A DNA stretch of 64,000 nt from Vitrella brassicaformis CCMP3155 (lineage: Eukaryota > Protista > Chromerida). Both the position numbers and the translations under genes were made by a program. Location of the stretch: positions 62,001-126,000 of the forward strand of contig CDMY01000193.1 of NCBI GenBank assembly GCA_001179505.1, given 5' to 3'. Under the pieces are notes generated by a model. That model searched no databases, was not told the origin of the DNA, and saw only the letters and a list, made by a program, of their open reading frames with translations. Below are positions 1-9,353 of the stretch, piece by piece; position 1 is the first letter of the stretch; each line of letters starts with the position of its first letter.

Positions 1-80
1 CGCCGGCAGGCCACCCTGGAGACAGACGGCTTCATTCTCTCGTTCGCTCACTCACTGCATATATTGTCGTCGTGGTGTCA

Positions 81-655
81 GGTCGTGCAATCGCGAGCTG
101 CTGGATGCTGTCCACGGCAGCTTCGTTCGTCGCTATGAGGAGCTGGACCCATTCGCCGCGTCGCTGCTATTCGACAACTTCACTCTACTAGGTACCAACA
201 CGCACACACACATTCATCCCGTCTGCATATATTGCACTCGTCGCCTTCTCTGTGGGGGTGTCTGATCAATCCACTCCCTTGGTGCAGGTTACAATCCCGA
301 GGAGGACTTCATGCTGCTGCTGAGCGACAAGATGGCAGAGGGCAAGGACAGGGAGCCCGGCACACGACCTGCCGCACTCGACCCGACATACGGACAGGAT
401 GAAGAAGAAGACAACGGCCGGACAAACGACGACAGAGAAGACGACGAGCCGGGACAAGACGACACAAGTGGCAACAATGACGCCGCATCGACAGCAGCAG
501 CGGCACCCCCTTCCCCCTCCCCGCAGCCCCCCCAGCCGGCTCAGCTGAATGGACAGATGTTGCGGACTGCCGGTGAGCGGGGGCTGAGGGAGCCTGAGGA
601 CGGGACAGTGGGTAGTGCGAGAGTGGGCCGGGTGACAGTGCACTCAAATGGATGA
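81..655 (+). CDS. 3' part of a hypothetical protein (helical-repeat-like segment plus acidic/Pro-rich tail); 5' end not resolved
   Basis: Exons 81-191 and 288-655 join in phase (GT 192, AG 287) to give CNRELLDAVHGSFVRRYEELDPFAASLLFDNFTLLGYNPEEDFMLLLSDKM..., stop at 655. Weak resemblance to an HPR/OPR-type helical repeat. Confidence 0.6.
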
Positions 656-953
656 CGAGGAGACCAAGTCACTATGTCCGTGTATCCATGCGTGTGTGTA
701 TATCAACAAGGCCAAACTGCTCTTCACAGCCACACACGCACAAACCACGACTGACACGTAAATGGCATATATGGCTGACCATACATCGGACAGACAAACA
801 CACTATGACACGACTCGCTTGGCCGCCGTCGGCCAACAGAAACACGCGCAGCACCGCACCCAAACGCACAACCGACCAAGCCAGCCAGCCAGCCAGCCAG
901 ACAGACAGACAGACAGACAGCAGACAGACAGACGGGCACGGACTCGAAGTACG

Positions 954-1372
954 TCAGCAGCGCAGCAGCCGTGTGCAGTAGTAGGTCCTGTCATCGCAGT
1001 TCCCCCAGCAATGAGAGCAATGCTCCTTACTCGCCAGGCACTCCTCCTGCGTCTCGCACTGTATGCCCATGGTTTGGCTATCAGCCCAATGATTCCAGCA
1101 CGATAGACGGCGACGGCTGCCGGCACCATTTCTCTGCTCGGGACATCCGAGAAGTCGATCGTGTCGGATAGAGAAGCCGCATCGCCCTCTATCTGCATGT
1201 GGTGCCGAGCCTCTACCTCCTCCTCAGATGGGATCGGGAGGATGGTGGGCCTCCCATTCATGTGAGCGCCGTTTCCCCATCCGGGCGGCGCGCTCATGAC
1301 CTGGCACCTCACGTCGACGGGCAGACACAGGGCCAGGACGGGCACCAGCAACGCGGACCGGCGGGCCACCAT
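954..1372 (-). CDS. Putative secreted cysteine-rich peptide precursor (signal, pro-region, RRRL, 8-Cys domain); needs an 83-nt intron or a 1-nt frameshift
   Basis: ATG 1372 gives MVARRSALLVPVLALCLPVDVRC (signal-like). A second frame encodes RRRLSCWNHWADSQTMGIQCETQEECLASKEHCSHCWGNCDDRTYYCTRLLRC* (stop 954-956). The two frames are joined by GT1216..AG1134 or by one extra A at 1129-1131. Confidence 0.55.
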
Positions 1373-2263
1373 GATGCTGTTGCTGCGATGAAGGAGCGCG
1401 GGAGGCGAGCGGCAGGCGACTGCGGGGGCAGATCGCGACTGGCTCCCCCTTGGTCGCTGCTGCTTGGAGCCGCTCCGACTACAGGAAAGTTTCGACGAGT
1501 GCCGACGAGGAGTGCAGCCAGGCCGATGCACGCATGTGCTCGAAGACACGAGAGTGCGCATAAACATTCGAGCGCACACTTGCTCTCCGTGACCTCTCGC
1601 CGGACCCTCGATCAAATCATGTAAATGTAAAAGCAAAAGGAGCTCTTGATGCTTCATTTATACATTCTTCATGATGGCCGTGTACACGAAGAATCATGTA
1701 CACGAATGTATGCAAAAAGACTCTTTCCCACCTGCTGGCCGGTACGGTCACCGACGTCAACTCATCACACACACGGCCACCACGGCCAAATCAGCATGAA
1801 AGCACCATCGACTTGCAATCCCGGAGTTTGTTGACTCTGTGTTCGCACGCGGGAGCCGCCATGTGTGCATCCGGGTGGGGGGCAATGCGACGCTGATTCG
1901 GCAACAGCATGAAACTCCTCTCATGCCATGCATGTCAGTCATCGCACACACACATATCACTCACTCTGTCAGTCAGTCCACATGTCTGCATGTCAGACCT
2001 CACCGTCCGTCCCATGGCATGGCGACCACACACACGGAAAAAGCCATCACGTTACCAGCCAGCATCAATCAACGCAATCGACCCATCGATCGACACAGAA
2101 GAGTCAAGAGGGAAAAGGCGATCGACAGGGAAAACGCCGCACCACCATGTGATTTCTCTTTGAGAGGCGGCAAACACTCCCACACTCACCCACAAGCATA
2201 CACAGACAGCCACACAGCCAGACAGAAAGACAGACGCAGCAGGGAGGGAGTGAGTCCCTTGCT

Positions 2264-3191
2264 TCACTCGAGTAGGTAGCCGGAAAGGAAGAGCAGGAAG
2301 AAGAGGCCGAGGCTGCCAAAGATGAGAACGTTCTTCTGGCCGGCCGTCAACGTGTTCGTGCCAATGCCGTACCCCTGGTTGTCAGCAAAACCTGAAAGAA
2401 TGAACCACACGCACCAAAAGCATGACACCGCGTTGACGAAGGCATTGCTGCCGCAGGCGCTCGTGTGGCATTTGCGTTGGGTCGCATATATACCTGCGAT
2501 CGTCCTGGTGATGGGGTTGAAGTAGTTCTTGGGCGCCTTGCAGTTGGGGCACTTCCACCACGTGGGGACGTCCTGCATCCACACACATCACATACAGCCA
2601 CACTTGACCATGCCACCTCCCTCCCTCCCGTCTGGCGCAGCTAGTTGTATAGACCCACCACCCCACCCACCTCACCTCCCACTTAGTGTTGGCCTTGAGG
2701 TAGATGCCATCTCCCTGTTTCCACCGGTAGACGTATCCGCAGTTGCGGCACTGGTAGTCCCCCGTGCTCTCCGTGATGAACTTCTCCTTCTCCTTGAGCT
2801 CCAAGACCTCTATCTGCTTCGGCGTCAAACCCTTGTAGCGCGGGTCAATCTCAGGCTCTTTCGCCGCAGCGCCCTCAGCCTCACCCGAGCCCTCGGTTGC
2901 TGCTGGAGCTGGAGCTGCTGCCGCCGCATCCGTGGCCTCCTTGGTGGCCGTTTGTTGCTCTGTTGATGCCTTTGGTTTCTCAGCCACAGTGCCGGACGCC
3001 CCAGCGGGCTCTGAGAACAGCAGATGGTGCGGCCGTCTTGTGCGGATCTGCTGGCTGCCTGGCCTCACGAGCGAGAGGCATGGCGGGGAGGAGCAGAAGG
3101 CTTCAGCAGCCGTGGCCAGCCCTGGCCATGCGTCTTGTGCGAGGCAGGAGAAGATAAAGGCGACGAACAGAGAGATGAGCTTCATTGCCAA
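2264..3191 (-). CDS. rubA: Plastid thylakoid rubredoxin (RubA/RBD1 type), 3 exons
   Basis: Signal peptide ending AEA-F plus transit-like region. Two CxxC motifs, YQCRNCGYVY and WKCPNCKAPK, then GFADNQGYG and a C-terminal TM helix (NVLIFGSLGLFFLLFLSGYLLE*). Confidence 0.92.
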
Positions 3192-3446
3192 ACCACCACC
3201 ACCTGCTGTGCTTCTCGCCCTTTCTCCGTGCGGTGCGAGCTTGTATGCCGATCAGAAGCGGCGCCTCCCCGAGAAGCTTCCGCGCCCTACAGCGGACTCT
3301 GTTCGTAGCGGATTGCAGTGCTGCACTGCCATTCAAGGCACTTGCTGCACCTTACAGGTGAGTTGACTCGCCATCGCCTTATGCAAGATGATGGTGTCTG
3401 TGCGTGTGCTGCTGTGCTCAGATCAGCCTGCCTTCTCCCGCTGACC

Positions 3447-4827
3447 ATGGCTCACTCGTCAAACGTGGCCTTCTGCGACGGCGTTGACCCGGCGGCGCTC
3501 AAAGGGTCTGAGCTGCCCACGTATCAGCTGCCCAAGAGCCCCGCCGAGGGCCTGAGCGTCCCCTCTGGTGGCTGCGTCGTCTGCTCGGAGCCCCTCGGCG
3601 CCAAGACCGACCTCGCAAGATTAAGGTGCGGGTGTTTCTTCTGCTTCCAGGTCTGCAAGCGGCCGACGGCATCTTGATTGATTCACTTATCGAGGCTTAT
3701 GTATGCAGTGTGTAAAGGGGAGAGTGAATGCGCACATAATCGCCTACCGCGACAGGCAGTACACCATGCCCTCACCAGAAAACTTCAACTTCCCATGCCC
3801 TGCCTGCAGCACGGTGAGGGAAGACACAAACACACGACCGATGACACGCACATCACTCGCGAATCTGCTGACTGGCTGTCTGCCTATTGGTTTCTCTCTG
3901 TCAGGGGTGTGATTTGATCGAGCGTCTTCAGAAGCCCTCGGCCTCCGGTATGCCCCTGCCTGTTGCCGACGAGTACGGCGGTCCCTTCCGCAACGTGACG
4001 GCGATGCAGCCCCCTGACGGCGTCGAGGCGCCGTGGCTGGCCAACTACTACGAGTTCACCGCCCTCAGCCATGCCGTGCAGATATCGTGCGAGTCCGTGG
4101 AGGAGGCGCAGCGGATGATTACCTTCAGCCAGATTGCGGGGCGGTACATCCGCGAGAGACTGATGGGGCCGTGGAAGCGTCTGACCTCAGCGCTCGGCAT
4201 GGAAGCCGGCATGGAGGCGTTCAAATGGTGGGCGGGGAAATGAGGGGGCCGGTGACCCAATTAAGTATCTACACGTCTGTGTGTGTGTGTGTGTGCAGGG
4301 ATGCCGAGGCGGAGGCGGTGAGGGCGTCGATACGGATGCGCGACATTGAGATCACCGCAATGCGAAGGCAATCCGCACAGCTGACGGGCCAAGACAGGTG
4401 GCTGCAAGAGGGAGGGCGAGAGCGCCTCGCGGCCGGCAGGGGAACGAGTGTACGTTTGCTTTGGACTTCCTGCCGTTGTGTGTTCAGGCCTGTGCCTTTG
4501 ACTGTGGGCACCGTTGTGTGGGTGGCTGGGCTCGTGAAGCGGCCAGAGTATAGTGGCTTTGAGGGCAAGATCACGGCCGTCCTGCCACCAAACACACCAG
4601 GCAACACGACAGGCGAGACGCGGTGAGAAGACCAGAGGAGATAGACTCGCCGCCTGCGTTAGATGAATGCATGTGTGTGTGTGCGCAGGTATCGTGTGAG
4701 TGTGTATGTCGTGGGCATCGAGCTGTCGCTGCGGGCTGAGAACCTCCGCCCGTCGCTTGATGCCAACGACAAGATGTACGACTGGGGGATGCAGTTTGCC
4801 ATGATGGCCGAGGCATTCAATCAATAA
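3447..4827 (+). CDS. RING-finger-like protein with a C-terminal SH3/KOW-like beta domain, about 6 exons
   Basis: Spliced CVVC...CGCFFCFQC...CPAC pattern. Exons join in phase, e.g. FKW/DAEAEAV across 4229-4298. C-terminus LTVGTVVWVAGLVKRPEYSGFEGKITAVLP...YRVSVYVVGIELSLRAENL, TAA at 4825-4827. Confidence 0.75.
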
Positions 4828-5750
4828 GTCCCGCTCTCAGCACTGACTGACGGACAGACACACCTCAGGCGGGCCAATTGACACACGTGGGGCCGGCGAA
4901 TGAGGGGGCAGTGACTACTGTGGTGTGTGTGCGGTCTTGTTGTTCACATTTGCGTTGATGTGCGCACATCAAATACACAGACACATACGTACATATACAT
5001 GCATTCGTGTACATACATTCTTCATGTGTGGGGAACGGAAATGTCGTGAGCGGGGTCTTTGTAAGTCCGCCATCCATTTCTTTGCTGGATGTCTGTGAGG
5101 GAGCTTGAGCCTCTCTGGCTGGCTGCACACAATGGGCTTTTATCGATCAGCCCGTACATGCGTGTCTGTCACGGTGTGGACTTACTTGTGCTGTGTCGAC
5201 ATGAATTATGAGTCCCAATGGCTTCAAGGCACAAACACACACATGATGGTTGTCAACGGCTTCAATGCACACACACATGCATGTGGCGGGGCCCACCGAA
5301 CAGCTATGCCACCGCCCAATGCAATGCACACCTGGCAATCCCCTCGACACTCTTCGAGTTGTATATGTCTCCCAGCACCCTATCAGTCGCTCCACGGCTC
5401 ACCAAACACACTTGCAAGTCACGCAGCAGCCACAGACCCACCAGTTCACTCATTCACTCCGCCAAAATGGTTCTCACGGCGAGGGTCGACCGGTGATCGC
5501 ATCAATGCTGAATGGCAACACTGCCTTGCGTGTGTGCCGAGAGAGGGGTGGGCGACATGCAGTGCATGAGAGTGCCGTTTGCAATGCTTCCCAGAAGGCA
5601 TAGACTTATTTAATTGTCCGACCGCTCTATGTGTCCATAACCGTCCACACAAACACAACGGGCAGGGCACTCAGACGGCCAGACGGCCAATCATGTGGTT
5701 TGGCTCATGAACACACACTTCTTCTCGAGCGGCCGTGCACAGGGGCGAGC

Positions 5751-7450
5751 CTACACCTCGTGTGGGCGCCCACCACACGGGGCGGATGGCACAGTGAGGT
5801 TCTTGAAGTGGAGGCTGCTCTCGAGCTCCTGCAGCATCTGGCGGGCCCGCTCCCGCTCGCAAGTGGCGTCTCCTTCAGCCACTCTGAGTGCCTCCTGCAC
5901 TGCTCCAGTTGGGGTCGGGGGGACGGTGTCAGAGGTGCTCCTCTGCTGCTGGTTGTCTGCCGTCTCGTCGTCGCTGTTGAGACACTGCTGCTGGTACTGC
6001 AGCTGCTGCATCTGGTGTTGCAGCTGTTGCAGCTGCTGGCCGATCTGCTTCTGTTTCTCTTCGAGCTCTTGCTCTTTGCGGCGCATTTCGTCCTTCTTGG
6101 CCTCCAGTTGACGCCACTCACGCTCCATTGTCTGCTGCTATTGTCGGTGGAAGCGCTCCATTCTCTTCTCCCGCTCCGCCGCCCGCTCCTCGTGTTGTCG
6201 GCGGAGCCGTTCCTGGATCTCCGAGCGCTCCTGCAGCTCCATCTCCCAGAAGCCCTTCCAATTGTCCAGCTCCCTCGCGTAGGCCTCAATAGCCTGCTGC
6301 CTGTCGATTACGGGTTCTTGCTGGTAATAGCGTGACTCGTACGACCCACCCTGACGAACGAACAGACAGACACAAAATGCGTGACGACCGAAGTATGTGC
6401 CTGGCTGTGACGGTGAGACCCACCTGGGCGCCATAGGCGTAGCGGCCGTCATGAATGTGTCCGCGATTGGTGCGGCGATTCAGTGGGAGCTCTCGTGTCT
6501 CCTCTCGCACCGCTGACACAGACAGACAGACAGACAGGCGTGTCGACGATGTGCAAGAGAGTGACAGAGAAGGGCCATGTGTGTCTCACATCTCACCACA
6601 CCCCTCCTCACCTCCAGAGGCCCGGCCCCCACTCAGCAACGATCCCAAGCCCAAGAACATGCCGCCGAACAAACCATCTGATCCGTTGCTCTGGCGATTG
6701 TACGTGTCGTGGCTGTCCGGTGGCGGCGGATGGCGGCCCACCAAACTGGCCATCGCCTCCACCTGCTGGTGGTGGTGGTGGTGTCGCGACACACCACGTG
6801 TCCTTTGGGGCCCGAGTGGCGTCTGTGTGGTCATGATGCTGCACTGGATGCCTCGGGACACCACCGGTCTCTTCCTGACAAAGCTGCTGATGTTGGGAGC
6901 GGGATAGGCCAGACGAGAGGGGTAGTGGCTCTCCGGCTGGCCGCCCACTTCGTCCCTGCTGAGACCTTCGTGGTTGGTCTGGTGCTGCGAGTACTGGGGA
7001 AGCCGCCCATCGTATCGGTGTGGCCGAGTGCTGGACACCACCGTAGGCGTCGTCCTGTCCAGTGCACACGTATCGGCTGCCGTACTGCTGCGGCTCCCTC
7101 GTCATCTGCTGCTGGGTCAATACGGCCAGACGGTCGGTGTCCTGAAGCTTCGTGTCGCGGTTGACAGAGACGGGGAGCCTCAGTGCAATTGGTCCGTTGA
7201 GGAGTTCGACCTGAGCGGTGTCCACCGTCTCATCGGGCACGTACCTGGGCCCACAGTCTGCCGTCTCCCGGGTTGCCATGGGAAGAGGCAGCTCGGCCCG
7301 CCCCTGCCGGCCACCCCGTTGCAGCTGCAGCTGGTGGGCCACCTGTCGCCTCTGCTCCTCCAGCCTGGCCCGTGACTCTCCCTGCCGCAGGACGCTCTCC
7401 TGCCCCTGTCGCCGCTCAGACGCCCTCCGACACTCACGCTGGGCCATCAT
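5751..7450 (-). pseudogene. Coiled-coil protein gene with two lesions (about 1-nt frameshift near 7020; in-frame TAG at 6138-6140); pseudogene, nonsense allele or assembly error
   Basis: Canonical in-phase introns near 6617-6514 and 6425-6354. ORFs 6138-6452 and 5751-6128 share one frame, separated by CAA-TAG-CAG-CAG inside a continuous E/R/Q coiled coil. GC3-rich coding frame switches near 7020. 3' end uncertain. Confidence 0.55.
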
Positions 7451-7486
7451 CGCTGAAACTCAGCTCAAATCTGCAGTAGGAAAGGC

Positions 7487-7572
7487 TTCAACTTCAAGTT
7501 GAACTTGAGATGTCGCAAGCTTGCGCTGGGGGCAGCCCCCACCAGGGTTTGTACCCTGAAACCTCAACCCTG
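7487..7572. promoter_or_regulatory. Candidate bidirectional promoter elements: overlapping dyads and CAGGGTTT/ACCCTG
   Basis: TTCAACTT-C-AAGTTGAA (7487-7503) overlaps TCAAGTT-G-AACTTGA (7494-7508). CAGGGT-ttgt-ACCCTG at 7543-7558. Lies between divergent starts at 7450 (-) and 7642 (+). Confidence 0.3.
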
Positions 7573-7641
7573 CATCCTTCCCTGCAACGTTCACCACCAC
7601 CACTCCACCAACTGAGCCCTGTGTGTCACGCAGATTCGAAG

Positions 7642-8301
7642 ATGCGAAGCAGAGACCTTCCCCTCGTGCCCGCTTTACTAATTGCCTCATTTCATCTGTC
7701 CGTATGTGCCGCGTCCCTCTCTTTCCACTGCACCAAGCACCACGAGGAAGTGCGGCTGTCCAACGACTGCCTCACCGCCTCCCTGCTCAGCAATGGCACT
7801 GGAGGCGTCGTCATCTCCTCCTCTCCCGTCCCCCTCAGCCCCCATGTCGGCCTCTACTTTCAGCTCACTGTGGATGAGGTCGGCGACCACCTCGGCAGCG
7901 GCCTCGCCATCGGCCTGACCACCACCGACCCCGCCACTCTCTCGTCTGTGCCGCACTTCGCCATCGACGTGGCTGACAGCTGGTTCGCGGGCTACACGGG
8001 CACGGCGCGGCTTGACAGCACCTGGGACGACTCATTTAAGTTCTACAGCAACCGTCTGGAGGCGGGCGACACGGTGGCCCTGCTGTTGTCGGTGCAGCGG
8101 TACTTCATGGTCTTCCACAACGGGCGGCTGAAAGACTGGCGGTTTGTGCGCAACGTGGTGCGGACGCTCGAGCTGCCCATGTTCGCACTGGTGGACGTAC
8201 GGGGCGACACGCGAGTGGTCACCCTGGCCAGGGACGCACACCCCCCAGACGAGGTCATCAGGGCTGCCAGGAAAGTCGCCAGGGAACATGACGAGCTCTG
8301 A
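7642..8301 (+). CDS. Single-exon NHR (neuralized)/SPRY-like domain protein with signal peptide and C-terminal HDEL
   Basis: MRSRDLPLVPALLIASFHLSVCA leader. NHR-like motifs GGVVISSSPVP, FQLTVDEV...GLAIGLTTTDP, LEAGDTVALLL, FHNG, MFALVDVRG. Ends REHDEL*. Confidence 0.8.
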   Translation: MRSRDLPLVPALLIASFHLSVCAASLSFHCTKHHEEVRLSNDCLTASLLSNGTGGVVISSSPVPLSPHVGLYFQLTVDEVGDHLGSGLAIGLTTTDPATLSSVPHFAIDVADSWFAGYTGTARLDSTWDDSFKFYSNRLEAGDTVALLLSVQRYFMVFHNGRLKDWRFVRNVVRTLELPMFALVDVRGDTRVVTLARDAHPPDEVIRAARKVAREHDEL

Positions 8302-8429
8302 TTGGGTTCCGTGGACGGACGGGGAGGCTGTTTCTGGGTTGTCGGAGCGTATTTGTTGTTGGCTGTTTGTCGATGGGAAGGTGGGTGTCATTTTAGCTCT
8401 AGTAAGACGTCGAGACAACTAGGATAAGA

Positions 8430-9350
8430 TGGATGAATGAAGGCACGCGTGAGGGAGGGAAGCGAGTCTGTCTGTCTGTACGAGAGGGGGCCAGTCCGGT
8501 CATGGCCGTCCACACACGCATGCAACACACGCACACACACATCCACCCATCCATCCATTCATCCAGTAAGGCATGACACATACACACACACACATCTTCA
8601 TGCTCAGGAGTCTGTTGACAGCACCAGAGAGGGACACACAACATACACACACAGACACACACACACACAACACACACACACACACACCGGCTTGAAAATA
8701 GCCACGACACGACACACAGAGGGGATGTATGGATGCGTGGATGAATGGATGAGGGCAGCACAAGCAAGGGTCAGCAGGATGGGAAGATAGATAGCATCTC
8801 AGCCGCCGACAGCTGGGGCGCTGTCGTCCCTGACTGTACGGCCTCAGCGACGGCAGACCAGCCAGGGAGGGCACACGCACCGCAGACAGACAGACAGACA
8901 CAGGCAGAAACATCCGGGAGGGAGGGAGGGAGGGTGAGGTCGGTCGCTCAGTCAGTCGTTGAGCCAGTCAGTCACAGACGCCTTAAAATCCCCGTTTGCC
9001 TCCATATGCATATGCATGTGTGTGAAGTCAGTAAGGAAGTATCTGTGCACAGAACACACATACACACACGTACGTACGCAATGAATGCAATGGACTGGAC
9101 GGACAGATGCCGACGCCTATCGATGGATGAATAGAACCCCACCAACAATCCACTCACCCACCCACCCACCGCCCGTTATCCACACGACGACCAACCACCT
9201 CACCTCACCGACTAACAGCCACCGATCGATCGATCGACCAAAAATGGTCCGTCCTCCTTCCTTCCCTTCCATCCTTCATCATCTCGCCTCTTGTGCCGGC
9301 AAAAAAGCCCACCCCTCCTCGCCCGCTCGGCCATCCATCCATCCATCCAT
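8430..9350. repeat. Microsatellite-rich convergent intergenic/UTR region
   Basis: (CA)n, (CCAT)n, (GACA)n and (GGGA)n tracts between the 3' ends of the NHR gene (+) and the CBS gene (-). Confidence 0.8.
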
Positions 9351-9353
9351 GTG

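Noticed and set aside
803-1657. 284-aa ORF taken as a full protein
   Set aside because: Its first 95 codons look like UTR and its end runs into a (GTCT)n microsatellite. Only the 1372-1134 part looks coding.
6138-6140. Genome-wide TAG-to-Gln code reassignment
   Set aside because: TAG is the normal terminator of other genes here (18096-18098, 23398-23400, 28715-28717, 56697-56699).
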